Positions 43,785 to 53,903 of a stretch of 64,000 nt of DNA are shown in pieces. The DNA is from Candidatus Latescibacterota bacterium (GTDB lineage: Bacteria; Latescibacterota; UBA2968), in assembly GCA_965205975.1 (NCBI GenBank), contig OZ242195.1, positions 3,030,656-3,094,655 on the forward strand. The letters are read 5' to 3'. A program made the translations under genes and the position numbers. The notes beneath the pieces were generated by a model that worked only from the letters and a program-made list of their open reading frames with translations, was not told where the DNA came from and made no database searches. Each line of letters begins with the position of its first letter. Within the stretch, counting starts at the first letter, position 1.

Positions 43785-43993
43785 TATTGAGTCAAGTTAA
43801 AGTGTGCTTGCCCTTACTTGATAGGCTCAAGTAAAACCATTCTCTCAGGCTCACATTCCCAAATGCTTGAGCTTTGAACTGTTGCCTGCCCGCGCTGTCG
43901 CACGGCAGGCAGGTCTGCCGCCAATATTCGACTTGCCAGGGTCTGTCGGCGGCTTTTTATATTTAAAAATTCGGACAAATAGATAACCGCGTA
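43785..43993. repeat. About 190-bp structured repeat, copy 2. It forms the entire intergenic region between FtsX permease paralog 1 and peptide gene 2.
   Basis: See the copy at 39385-39572. About 95% identical. Confidence 0.85.
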
Positions 43994-46474
43994 TCAATCC
44001 TCCCGCAGGGCATCTATTGGGCTTGCAGAGGCGACCTTCAGCGCGTGTACGAAGCCACCTAACAAGGGAAGTAGAATGCCTGCGAAAATCGCCGCTAAAA
44101 TCGTCCCAACCCCGAATTGAAAGCGGTAGGCAAACATCGAGAGCCAATCATCCATAAAGAAGTAGGAGAGAGGGAGTGCGATGATGGCAGCTATAAATCC
44201 GGGTAGTGCGTAGTTCAGCACAATGCCACTGGCTATTTTGGATGGCACAGCACCCATGACCCTTCGGATGGCGATTTCCTTTCGCCTGCGCGCCACTGCC
44301 AGAGAGATCATGCCCAGAGCACCCATTGACGCGATGAGAACCGTGCACAGGGCTGCGCCAGAGACGATTTTGCTCCAACTAATTTCTCTGGCATAAAATT
44401 TTTGTCTGTCATCTTCTACGAAGGAGAACCGCAACAACCCATTGATTTTCTGGTCTTTCCAAAGCTGTTCGAGATACGGGACAAATTCATCTGCACGGCC
44501 TTCTTCGATACGAACCAATATCTCTCCTAAGCTGGCTCGTTGCAAAGTCGCATCCGTACCAACGGTGATGATGGTCGGCGCAACCGTGTGGCTCAAGTCT
44601 CTAACGTGAAAATCTTTTACCACACCCACAATGCGTCCACTGACATCACTCCCAAACACTCGTGATCTTAACTTTTTTTCTGCTGGGCTGATCACCTCTC
44701 CAAGAGGCTCTGAAGACGTTAAGTGCTTTAGGAAGGCTTCATTCACGATTACATCGCCAGGGATAGGGTTTGGGTATAGCGACTTTCCGTGTAAGAGTTG
44801 CAACCCAACGGTATCGAGAAAAGGCCCATCCACTTGATAATAGGTGACCTCATCAATGAGTTTGCCACTGCTGTCTTTCATCAAAACTGTGTTTGACCAT
44901 CCGAAGGGCAGATTCGTCCGCACATAGAAGGTCACGAGTGGAGAGGCTGATAAAGATGCCTGCAGGCGGTTGATCTCATTTTTTTTCAAGCCATCAGTAT
45001 TGAGTTTGACGAGGTTCGTCGGGTCAAAACCTGGATACGTGGTGAGGATAAAAAAAGTCTGTTCAAAGATAATAATGGTGCAAAACACGAACACCAACGT
45101 CACGCCCGATTGGACTGCCATCAATACCTTTAAGAAAGGACCAGACCTGACAGCTTTTGAGGTCTTGCTCAAAACGCTGATGGCAGATATAGATGACATA
45201 AAGGTCACCGGATAAAGGGCTGTTCCTATCCCTATCAGACAAGCTAATATCAAGAGAATAATTGCGGTCTGAAGGGGTGCCACCGAGGACGTGAGTGGGG
45301 TCTGTAAAATACCTTCAAGGGGGGGTGATGCTAACTCTGCAACTGCCAGGCCTATGATGCAAGCCAAAATGCTGTATCCAAAGCCTTCGACCAATAGCTG
45401 GTGCGTGAGGTCCTGGCGGTTCGCGCCGAAGACTTGCCTAATGCCCAATTCTTTGGTGCGTGAATTGAACCGCGCCACGTAGAGCAACACGTAATTCAGA
45501 CAAGCGACGGACAAAATTAGGATACTCATACCACCGAGAATATATCCATATAAGGGACTGGTGATTCGACTCACACCATACACCCGCTGTCGTATCGATC
45601 CAGGATTATGGTGCATATCTGTGATGGGTTGAAGCCTGCTTTTAAAGGTATCTAAATTCCATAATGAGTTAAGAGAAGCCTGCTTTTGGATCAGTCTCGT
45701 AAGTTTTCCATCTAATGCCCCGATATCTGATCCATCTGTCAAACGGATGTAATGTGAGGATTGAAAGCGCCAGTCCCAATCTCCTTCTTCCCTGTCGAGA
45801 AAGGTTGCAGACATACTCAATGGCAAAAGTATCTCAAAATCCAGGCTCGAATTGCGGGGAGGCGTTTCCACAATACCCCCTATTTCAATAGGGGCTACTA
45901 TAGGTTCCAGGTCTTTAAAGAGACTATGAGAAAATCGCAGCCATAAGACTTTGCCAATCAAACTGTCAGTATCATTGGCCAGTGTTCGAGCGAATCTGCG
46001 CGTGATCACGACTTGCTCTGGTCGAGCCAAGAAAGTTCCGCGGATAAGCGGAAAAGAGAACATCTCCTCAAAACTTCTATCGACGAACAGTACCTTTTTG
46101 ATAGGGCGCAGAAAATTTCTGTGGGTACCCACATCCCAATTCGCAAGGTCACTCGTTACGCGGGTCGTAAGTTCAATCTCTGGAAACTCGGCAGACATCA
46201 TGGGTGATAGTGCAACAGGAAAAGACATTGTCTCAGTCCCTGTCCCTGCTTTAGGAGAGCTTCCTATTGTTTCGCTGTACTTTACCTTTCCTGCAACGCG
46301 ATAGATGCGCTGATGGTTTTCGTGAAATCTATCAAAGCTCCAATCGTACAGGATGTATAACACACAGAGATAGCAACACGCGATCCCGATTCCCAAACCC
46401 AGCAGATTAATCGTTGCATAAGCTCTATACTTGAGGATATTGCGAAACCATGTTCGGAAATAATTGAAAAGCAT
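43994..46474 (-). CDS. FtsX-like ABC-transporter permease with a MacB-like periplasmic domain (paralog 1).
   Basis: 826 aa. MLFNYFRTWFRNILKYRAYATINLLGLGIGIAC.... Same architecture as 39573..42074. Confidence 0.8.
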   Translation of the reverse strand: MLFNYFRTWFRNILKYRAYATINLLGLGIGIACCYLCVLYILYDWSFDRFHENHQRIYRVAGKVKYSETIGSSPKAGTGTETMSFPVALSPMMSAEFPEIELTTRVTSDLANWDVGTHRNFLRPIKKVLFVDRSFEEMFSFPLIRGTFLARPEQVVITRRFARTLANDTDSLIGKVLWLRFSHSLFKDLEPIVAPIEIGGIVETPPRNSSLDFEILLPLSMSATFLDREEGDWDWRFQSSHYIRLTDGSDIGALDGKLTRLIQKQASLNSLWNLDTFKSRLQPITDMHHNPGSIRQRVYGVSRITSPLYGYILGGMSILILSVACLNYVLLYVARFNSRTKELGIRQVFGANRQDLTHQLLVEGFGYSILACIIGLAVAELASPPLEGILQTPLTSSVAPLQTAIILLILACLIGIGTALYPVTFMSSISAISVLSKTSKAVRSGPFLKVLMAVQSGVTLVFVFCTIIIFEQTFFILTTYPGFDPTNLVKLNTDGLKKNEINRLQASLSASPLVTFYVRTNLPFGWSNTVLMKDSSGKLIDEVTYYQVDGPFLDTVGLQLLHGKSLYPNPIPGDVIVNEAFLKHLTSSEPLGEVISPAEKKLRSRVFGSDVSGRIVGVVKDFHVRDLSHTVAPTIITVGTDATLQRASLGEILVRIEEGRADEFVPYLEQLWKDQKINGLLRFSFVEDDRQKFYAREISWSKIVSGAALCTVLIASMGALGMISLAVARRRKEIAIRRVMGAVPSKIASGIVLNYALPGFIAAIIALPLSYFFMDDWLSMFAYRFQFGVGTILAAIFAGILLPLLGGFVHALKVASASPIDALRED

Positions 46475-46524
46475 TGGTTCTCCTCAGCAATTAGAGGATG
46501 CTTGAGCACACCTCACTTTTACCA

Positions 46525-47652
46525 CTATTCGGCAGGGTTTGCAGGAGCATCAATAAGACGATAAACACGGATATTACCATTCGTATCCTCGTTATCAGAA
46601 GGAGGCGAGTACTTATAAACAAGCCTGCCTTGACAAGTAAAAATATTTCGTTCCAATTCATTGTTTACTTCTTGTGCAGAAGGTTGCACGCTCAGGTCTG
46701 ATAGAAGTATAAGCGCGGTACTATTTGAGGGATCCCTAAAATCGTACCTGAACAAAATATCTCCCGAAGGGAGGAGATGCATTCCGCTTAATCTACTAAA
46801 CTTACCAAAGTTAGGTGGAGGGGAGAATAATCCTGTTTTATCATCATCTAATTTGAGACTGACGAATTTGGGATGATTTGTGGTTATAGGGGGGAGAAAA
46901 TCTCGTGTCGCCAGATCAATTCTCATCACTTTATCTTCCCAAGATAGGGCAAAATATATGATTTCTCGCGCCTCATCATAAGCAAAGCCGTGAGAACGCT
47001 GGAACATAAAAAAAGCCCTCTCGTATTGAGCCTCGCAGACTTTGAACTTTGCAAGGTCTTCACCCGTATCAAGGGAGGTAACGTAAAGCATACCGTTTCC
47101 TTTTCGGTCACCATAAGGATAAATGAGCTTGCGATCTTCAGAAACCACCAGGGGATTAATAAGGCGTCGTTGGGGCAGTTTTAATCGTCCTAAAAATTCA
47201 CCTTGAACGGAGAAGCGAAGCGTCTGCCCAGTCCCGCCATCGTAGATCAGCATTTGTTCGGTATTCGGTATCATCGTTGGCTTGCTCGGTGATTTGTACT
47301 GGCCTTCTCCCTCTCCTCGACTGCCAATAGGCCACTTATAGTTGCCTGCTCTGTCAAAAACTTCGACACAACTTCTTAGAACATCAAAAATAATGATGTA
47401 GTCATCCATCACCGCAATTGAGCTTACCATCCCAAGTGCGGGACCTGTCTCTGGACGTTCGAGTGTAATGCCATCAATTAAAGATAGATGAGCCCCTTGT
47501 GTTTGCACTTTGAGGACGATGACATCTTGTCGCGATTGAAAACTCGCCATCCCATCTTGCTGGTTTTCAACCGCACTTTTTCCGCAACTCCCGCAGATCA
47601 GACACAGAAGTGTCAGCCCCCCTACTTGAACCCATAGCTTGTTGCGAGTCAT
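46525..47652 (-). CDS. 6-bladed beta-propeller lipoprotein (paralog 1).
   Basis: Lipobox LICGSC. Colinear with 42125..43219 (IIIFDVLRSCVEVFDRAGNYKWPIGSRGEGEGQYK...). Confidence 0.6.
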   Translation of the reverse strand: MTRNKLWVQVGGLTLLCLICGSCGKSAVENQQDGMASFQSRQDVIVLKVQTQGAHLSLIDGITLERPETGPALGMVSSIAVMDDYIIIFDVLRSCVEVFDRAGNYKWPIGSRGEGEGQYKSPSKPTMIPNTEQMLIYDGGTGQTLRFSVQGEFLGRLKLPQRRLINPLVVSEDRKLIYPYGDRKGNGMLYVTSLDTGEDLAKFKVCEAQYERAFFMFQRSHGFAYDEAREIIYFALSWEDKVMRIDLATRDFLPPITTNHPKFVSLKLDDDKTGLFSPPPNFGKFSRLSGMHLLPSGDILFRYDFRDPSNSTALILLSDLSVQPSAQEVNNELERNIFTCQGRLVYKYSPPSDNEDTNGNIRVYRLIDAPANPAE

Positions 47653-47825
47653 GACTTATCACCCTTTCCCTATTGTAAAATCAGTGCTCCTGTAATATTT
47701 TGAGAGCACTGAGTCAATTTTGAGCCTATCAAGCTTGATTGCACACTTTTATTTTTTACTGAACATACTTCATTATGGCAATAAAAAAGATAAAATAGAA
47801 GACAGATCTCTTTAAAAGCCAGCCC

Positions 47826-48023
47826 TTATCCCCAAGACCGAGCACCAGGAGGAAAGCACTGCAAAACGGAACGCCAAACGAACTGGCACTCATACAAATC
47901 AACAGGGTTTCCATCTACAACGCCATCTCCAACGTCTACCCAGGCAAGTCCAACTCCAAACTCGTATCCATATATAGGCGACGCCATATTCTGAATCTTC
48001 ACTGGTTTGGTCAATGTTTTCAT
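47826..48023 (-). CDS. Small peptide (65 aa), putative precursor/bacteriocin-like peptide (paralog 1).
   Basis: MKTLTKPVKIQNMASPIYGYEFGVGLAWVDVGDGVVDGNPVDLYECQFVWRSVLQCFPPGARSWG. Same RBS and 5' leader DNA as peptide 2. The shared N-terminal block is MKTLTKPV...SP.IYGYE.G.G. Confidence 0.55.
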   Translation of the reverse strand: MKTLTKPVKIQNMASPIYGYEFGVGLAWVDVGDGVVDGNPVDLYECQFVWRSVLQCFPPGARSWG

Positions 48024-48111
48024 AATATCACCTCCTTTCCTTATTGCGTCAAATCAAAGTGTGCTTGTCCTTACTTGATAGGCTCAAGTAAAACCGTTCT
48101 GTTCTTAAATA

Positions 48112-48834
48112 TCAATAAATAAATGTAGATAAAGGATCTATATCAAAATCTTTGGCAATAATTTGAGAATAGGGCACTCCTTTAAGATGATCGTTCAGAA
48201 GTGGTTTTTGCAATCGCAAATGTCTTTGAATCACACCAAAAAAGAGGACTGTATTTTGAGGGCGATCTTTTGAGGATAGATGACAATGCGTTATGATATT
48301 CTTTTCATTGACAACAAAGATAGCCGGGGTGCGATGAGTAAGCATTTCATTTTGGAATAGCATGTTCTCCGTATCCGGAAGCAACTCGTAATGGAGGTTA
48401 AAACTCCTTTTGTATCTTTTTAACACGCCCGCAGGAGCATTGGCAAAAGCATAAATTGGAAAGCGTTTTGAGGGATCCTGATTTTGGTACACATGCTCCA
48501 GTAACTTTATCTGGGTGATTAGACATGGCTGACAGTCTTGTGGGCTGAAGACCAGAACCAGTCCTTTTCCTGTTTCGGAAAAGTCTGTTGAAATCCAGTC
48601 GCCATTTATGTTCTTCAATTCCAACTTCGGAAATTCCTGTCCTTGATAATTGGATGCGTAGGTAGAGGCATTTATATGCTCTTTGTAATCGGCATTCTCT
48701 ATTCGGAGTTCTCTGATTGTTTTCCAATGACCAGAGTTCGTATTTCTCAATTTCCATATCCCGAATAACGCAACCAGAAGAAGAACAGATAACAGGATAT
48801 TCAAAATCAGCGACATTTTCCGAATTTCTTGCAT
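48112..48834 (-). CDS. Membrane-anchored thioredoxin-like protein (TlpA/ResA family, CxxC).
   Basis: N-terminal TM LILNILLSVLLLVALFGIW. Redoxin motif LVLVFSPQDCQPCL. 240 aa. Confidence 0.7.
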   Translation of the reverse strand: MQEIRKMSLILNILLSVLLLVALFGIWKLRNTNSGHWKTIRELRIENADYKEHINASTYASNYQGQEFPKLELKNINGDWISTDFSETGKGLVLVFSPQDCQPCLITQIKLLEHVYQNQDPSKRFPIYAFANAPAGVLKRYKRSFNLHYELLPDTENMLFQNEMLTHRTPAIFVVNEKNIITHCHLSSKDRPQNTVLFFGVIQRHLRLQKPLLNDHLKGVPYSQIIAKDFDIDPLSTFIY

Positions 48835-48977
48835 TTACTTTCTCCCCATCACCAAAAGCAACCACAGATAAACCGATGAACACGGATGGTTGCAGGTTTA
48901 GGACCTGCACTGGAGGCCATAATTCAGTGCTACGCTTGTCTCAAATGCGGGCAACCACGAGGGTTGCCCCTACGATT

Positions 48978-50879
48978 TCAAAAAAAATCAACAACAACAT
49001 CGGCCATCTTTTTACGTCCTTCGGCACTAATTATCTCAGTCGCCGGAATGCGATGTGTTGATTCCAAGTTCAATATCGTTTGACAGATTTCCTCTCTACA
49101 AAGCGGTTGACTCACGACTGTGTTGACCGTGTGATTTACAATTTTTTTCTTATCGCTAAAAACGAGCAGAATAACTTTTCCTTTTCCCAGGCTCTCTAAA
49201 ACTCGGATATTTTCCTGTATAAATTCAGGCTCGTCGATAGAATTAACGAGCAAGACATAAGCATCGGGAACGGTTCCAAAAAGCAAGATCAATGAGGGCA
49301 AAGTGTAACTCTGAGATTTTTCGTAAAAGTTATGAGGTATGATACCGGACTGGCCACCAACGACGATGATATCCGGGTCTGATTGTTCGATACCGACCAT
49401 AGCGGAATTTAGAAGTGGAATGTGCAAATCCATGGGAATCTGGATGCTCTGATGCCCGTCATATCCATTTGGAAATGTAAAATCGAAATCAAATAATGCA
49501 GATTGGTGTTCTGTACCCAATTGACCAACTTTATAGCCAATTTTCTGTAATTGTTTTCTGAGTGCCAATTGAGCAGTGAACTTTCCTTGCTGCGGTCCTG
49601 TTCCAAACACGCCCAAGACAGGTTTCTGGCTTCTGCTTCTCCAATCATAAGTTTTGGTCAAAGCCTCATAAGTTGCAAAATCTATGGTCGGTGCTGCATA
49701 ATGCAGATGTTTTTCTTCAAATGCTTTGCTTATGCTTTCGTATTGCTTATTTGCAATGGGGCTCAGACTATACACATTCTTGTTATGCTTCAATGCCAAT
49801 TCCAAAGATTCTTGTAACACATCGCGTTTCTTAATCCGGCTAATTTCATCCAAATAGCCCAGAACGAGCGTATCGCCGTATTGCAGACAATCTTCCAAAT
49901 TTTGTTGTATGATCAAATTAGATTCGGACCCCCCAATAACCTCCCCACAATCTTTGCCTATGGTTCTTTTTCCAATAACATCAACTACCCTTGTAATTCT
50001 AAACGGCAATAACTCCCGAAACCGCACCAACCCATGCATTTCTTTGTTATAGGGGAAAATAACAGCCTCGTCTATCCAGCTTGGCGCGTTTGCCTTATTG
50101 AGATCGCGGATAGAAACATCTGAGCGAGATCTGGGCATCCCGCTCATCGCATAAGTGCTACTATCTACCAGGTCGGGACATTGACTTAAGGAATGTCTCT
50201 GCAAAATTTCTGTCAGATCGTTGAACGAGATACAACCATATTTCTCTATGATCAGAGCAATCAAGCCGGAAATATGCGGAGCCGCAAAGCTCGATCCCCC
50301 AATAAATATCTGTTTGCCTTCCAGCCAATTTAGGCGTTGACGATCACCCCGTGCGACAAACTGTATTTTTTCGTGCGGGTCATAAAAGTAATCAAACTTG
50401 CCATTAACTTTTCCTCCTGCTACGCCAAAGACATTGGGAAAAGACGCGGGAATACTCGGTTGTCCATCATTTGATGTCGCAGCAACAATGAACGTCTGGT
50501 GTTTGTGTGCAAAATCACAGGCCTCCTTCAAAACATCGCTATCTCTCTCATCCAGAGTACCTAAACTCAAATTGACAATGTGACAGTGATGTTCAACACA
50601 CCAGTAAATCGCCTTGCACAAAATGTCCATTTTCGTTATCAGTTCTGACTTAAAAATTTTGACAGGCAAAAATTCAGTATTTGGAGCTTTGGAGTGGATG
50701 ACGCCAATACAGGCTGTGCCGTGGCCTATCATATCTTGGTAATTTGAATCTTGATCGCCATTACAGAAACTGGTACCATTCAACACATGCACATTTTTTT
50801 TACCCGTATTAAAACCGCTATCAATCACGCCTACCCGGGTACCTGTACCTGTCAACCCAGAAAAAAAATGCTCCATCAA
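48978..50879 (-). CDS. S8-family (subtilisin-like) serine peptidase with no signal peptide or propeptide, fused to an about 330-aa C-terminal domain of unknown function.
   Basis: Catalytic triad blocks VGVIDSG (Asp), HGTACIGVI (His) and GGSSFAAPHISG (Ser), starting at residue about 15. The C-terminal domain contains the glycine-rich VLGVFGTGPQQGKFTAQLA. Confidence 0.75.
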   Translation of the reverse strand: MMEHFFSGLTGTGTRVGVIDSGFNTGKKNVHVLNGTSFCNGDQDSNYQDMIGHGTACIGVIHSKAPNTEFLPVKIFKSELITKMDILCKAIYWCVEHHCHIVNLSLGTLDERDSDVLKEACDFAHKHQTFIVAATSNDGQPSIPASFPNVFGVAGGKVNGKFDYFYDPHEKIQFVARGDRQRLNWLEGKQIFIGGSSFAAPHISGLIALIIEKYGCISFNDLTEILQRHSLSQCPDLVDSSTYAMSGMPRSRSDVSIRDLNKANAPSWIDEAVIFPYNKEMHGLVRFRELLPFRITRVVDVIGKRTIGKDCGEVIGGSESNLIIQQNLEDCLQYGDTLVLGYLDEISRIKKRDVLQESLELALKHNKNVYSLSPIANKQYESISKAFEEKHLHYAAPTIDFATYEALTKTYDWRSRSQKPVLGVFGTGPQQGKFTAQLALRKQLQKIGYKVGQLGTEHQSALFDFDFTFPNGYDGHQSIQIPMDLHIPLLNSAMVGIEQSDPDIIVVGGQSGIIPHNFYEKSQSYTLPSLILLFGTVPDAYVLLVNSIDEPEFIQENIRVLESLGKGKVILLVFSDKKKIVNHTVNTVVSQPLCREEICQTILNLESTHRIPATEIISAEGRKKMADVVVDFF

Positions 50880-50913
50880 AAACCTCTCGCAGTGTTTAGT
50901 TCATAACGTTGAT

Positions 50914-51207
50914 CTATTCGGGAATAAGTGAATGTGTATCAGTGGCTAATTTCTCATATATATACTTCGCGACCGAATGTGTCGAAGTTAGCATTTCTTC
51001 TGTGAGTTCTTCGTCCTCTACGATCACATCAAATGCATCCTCTAAGCCTGTCACCAGGGCCAGGGTAGAAATAGAGTCGAGTATAGAATTCAAAGGAAGA
51101 TTGTCCCAATCTATATCATCGGATGTGACTTCACGGTCTAATGCCTTCAGAACCAAATCTTGAATCTGATTCTCAATCTCAGATATTGTTATTGTATTTT
51201 TTGTCAT
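50914..51207 (-). CDS. Acyl/peptidyl carrier protein-like small acidic protein.
   Basis: 97 aa and acidic. LDSISTLALVTGLEDAF resembles the phosphopantetheine-attachment DSL motif and its helix. Confidence 0.45.
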   Translation of the reverse strand: MTKNTITISEIENQIQDLVLKALDREVTSDDIDWDNLPLNSILDSISTLALVTGLEDAFDVIVEDEELTEEMLTSTHSVAKYIYEKLATDTHSLIPE

Positions 51208-51244
51208 AAAATTTTATATCCGATTGCACGATGGTTGACAATCT

Positions 51245-51354
51245 ACCCCTCAAAAGATACCTTACTATCAAGCTCACATTCCCAAATGCTTGAGCTTTGA
51301 ACTGCAGTCTGCCGCCGACACTCGACTTGCCAGGGTCTGTCGGCGGCTTTTTTA
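51245..51354. repeat. About 110-bp shortened copy (copy 3) of the structured repeat. It lacks the central GC hairpin.
   Basis: ctatcaagctcacattcccaaatgcttgagctttgaactgcagtctgccgccgacactcgacttgccagggtctgtcggcggcttttttat. It has a perfect 10-bp stem GCCGCCGACA/TGTCGGCGGC followed by a T-run on the plus strand. Confidence 0.8.
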
Positions 51355-52722
51355 TCAATATGATGTGTTCTTTAACGCTTCTTCAGCCTTTGCCAAGTTT
51401 ATATTCCGAACACATCCTGAACGGCATTCCCAGCCCACACCTTCATAGTCAGCAATAGCAGCGATTTGCTCTCGCAAAGGATCGTTGCATAAATCAAGAA
51501 CGCGCTTGCCCTTCAAGATGGGTAAAATCGGTATATGAAACGAGGAAATGGGATGTGCGATCAACAGTAGGGAACATTCACATAGCGACTTGAGGGATTT
51601 TGTCAATTGTCCCTGCCACATCTTTCGGGCATCACTTTGAATATAAGTCGGCTCCACGTCCAAGAGGCCCAACTCCACTGACGGGTCATATGCGATCACA
51701 TGATACCCTTCTGAGATGAGCATGTTTCCGAGTTTTACGAATGGACTATCCCTCAAGTCGCCTGTATTGGGCTTAAAACTCAAACCCAACATACCCAGTG
51801 TTCCTCGAACGGCAAGCGACCTTACCCTCCTTACCGTGGACCTGATATGAAGATCATTACTGGCGATGATATTGGTCAGCAGAGGTAATTCGGGTTCTTG
51901 TCGTCCGTTAGATAGCCGCAGGAGTGCTGTAAGATCCTTCGGGAGACAGGATCCTCCGAATGCGAATCCCGGCCTCATGTAGGCTTTTGACATATTGAGC
52001 TTGTTGTCTGAGCACACGACCTCCATTACTCTATTGCTGTCTATCCCGAGATATCTGCAAATATTCGATATCTCATTCGTGAAAGTAACCTTCATAGCAT
52101 GAAAAGCATTGCATACATACTTCACCATTTCAGCGATCTCGTATTCGGTAATGTACACCGGCCCAGCTTCACCGTAAATATCTAACACGCGCTGGTAATA
52201 ACCAGTCTTTGGAGCACCAATGATCCGAATCGGAGGATCATTCAGGTCCTCCATTGCGCTTCCCTCTCTCAAGAACTCCGGATAATACCAGACATTGCCA
52301 AAATTCCCGAAGGCTCCAGAGGCGATATTACGCGTCGTACCGGGCGGAACAGTGCTGCGCAAAACTATGTCAAACATGCCTCTTTTCTTTTTCACTATCT
52401 CTACCAGTGACGTTACGGCCTGATAAAGAAAACACAGATTTGGTACTCCGTCTTTCTCACCTCGCGGCGTACCTACACAGATAATCGCTACACTCGCATC
52501 CTCGACAGCTTTGAAGTAGTCAGTCGAAAGCTGGAGCCTCCCACTTCTAAGTGCTGAACTTAGCAGGTCGCTTACGCGGGGTTCTGGTTCAGGTTCACCG
52601 GCAAAAAGATGGTGGATTCTCTCCTGGGAGACATCCAGACCTGTGACGATATGACCTCGTTCAAGCAAGTAGGCAATATTCACAATGCCGACATGGCCCA
52701 AACCAACTACACAAATTTTCAT
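51355..52722 (-). CDS. NDP-sugar dehydrogenase (UDP-glucose / UDP-ManNAc / GDP-mannose dehydrogenase family).
   Basis: N-terminal Rossmann MKICVVGLGHVGIVNIAYLL and catalytic-Cys block FGGSCLPKDL. 455 aa. Confidence 0.8.
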   Translation of the reverse strand: MKICVVGLGHVGIVNIAYLLERGHIVTGLDVSQERIHHLFAGEPEPEPRVSDLLSSALRSGRLQLSTDYFKAVEDASVAIICVGTPRGEKDGVPNLCFLYQAVTSLVEIVKKKRGMFDIVLRSTVPPGTTRNIASGAFGNFGNVWYYPEFLREGSAMEDLNDPPIRIIGAPKTGYYQRVLDIYGEAGPVYITEYEIAEMVKYVCNAFHAMKVTFTNEISNICRYLGIDSNRVMEVVCSDNKLNMSKAYMRPGFAFGGSCLPKDLTALLRLSNGRQEPELPLLTNIIASNDLHIRSTVRRVRSLAVRGTLGMLGLSFKPNTGDLRDSPFVKLGNMLISEGYHVIAYDPSVELGLLDVEPTYIQSDARKMWQGQLTKSLKSLCECSLLLIAHPISSFHIPILPILKGKRVLDLCNDPLREQIAAIADYEGVGWECRSGCVRNINLAKAEEALKNTSY

Positions 52723-52861
52723 CCTGCACCCTTACCTTCCATATGTCTCACTGACCCTAATCCTGATTGATTTCCAATATTTTTAATAGCATCAAATCTA
52801 TATTTACCAGATTGAATTACCATTTACCGGGCAACCCAATATCATCTGATATCGAACAGAA

Positions 52862-53863
52862 CTACTTGGTGAATTTCTGTTGTTCAATACAAGAGACTAT
52901 GACCTCCGTTGTGTCTTCCCACTTTTTATTTTCAGGTTTGACTCGCGGAACTCTATTGCTAAGATTTGCCAATATTTCTTTAGTCACCTTACCAAGATCA
53001 GGGATTATTAATTGTCCACTCTCGACTAATTCTCGGTTTATGCACATTTCCCTTCTTCCAAGATAGATAGTAGGTACTCCTAAGAGAGCCCCTTCCCTTG
53101 CAACAGTATCTCCAGTAGTTACCACCAGGGCTGAATAGTAAATCAGGGAATGGATACTGGGACAAGGTTCAACAACCTTTCGGAAATTGGGGTGTTCAAA
53201 CTCGAGATTTATTCCCCGTTCAAGGGAGGCTATGATGCTCATTCCAGTATTTAAAATCGCATTCGTCGCTTGCATAACTTCTTCCTGACCCAGGCGTCGA
53301 TAGTTCATGCTAATAGGTGCAACATACCTGACGAAAACATACTCTCCTGGCTGAACGCCATAATCACCTAAAATCTTCGGTTGCGGGACGAATCGGTTCA
53401 AGTAAGCCAACTCTTTGAACCCGTTGTATTGAATGATGTTTCTGCCTGCCACTCCGAGTGCTTCAGGTAAGACAAGTTGATGAGCGAATAAAAGACATGG
53501 CCAAAAATTTAGCTTGTATTCGAAGTCGTCATAAAAAATCACAGACCGTACGCGACAAAACCGCGAAACTATGCCCGAATAGAATCCACAACTCGCCAAA
53601 ACATCTGTCTCCATTTCGCATACTATCTTCTTGAGATCAACGACCCTTTCCCATACCCCAAACATCTTTCTAACACCAGTTCTATGAGCACCCATTACAC
53701 GAAAGGAACAAGGGAGGTCTGACTCCGCTATGGCAACAAGGTTACCTCTTTGCCTGACAACAGCCGACACATCGTGTCTCGCCTTCAACGATTTGATGGC
53801 TGAATTAAAAAAATTGAGATGTGCGACGTGAAGAATGTCAAAGAGAATCTTCAAAGGTAGCAT
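52862..53863 (-). CDS. DUF354-family protein (GT-B/epimerase-like fold, common in sugar-modification loci).
   Basis: The N-terminal LKILFDILHVAHLNFF matches the DUF354 (W)IDI.N.PHV.FF pattern. 333 aa. Confidence 0.45.
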   Translation of the reverse strand: MLPLKILFDILHVAHLNFFNSAIKSLKARHDVSAVVRQRGNLVAIAESDLPCSFRVMGAHRTGVRKMFGVWERVVDLKKIVCEMETDVLASCGFYSGIVSRFCRVRSVIFYDDFEYKLNFWPCLLFAHQLVLPEALGVAGRNIIQYNGFKELAYLNRFVPQPKILGDYGVQPGEYVFVRYVAPISMNYRRLGQEEVMQATNAILNTGMSIIASLERGINLEFEHPNFRKVVEPCPSIHSLIYYSALVVTTGDTVAREGALLGVPTIYLGRREMCINRELVESGQLIIPDLGKVTKEILANLSNRVPRVKPENKKWEDTTEVIVSCIEQQKFTK

Positions 53864-53903
53864 CCTAAATTAGCCAAGTGATCTCTGTCCAAGTTCTATT
53901 GAT

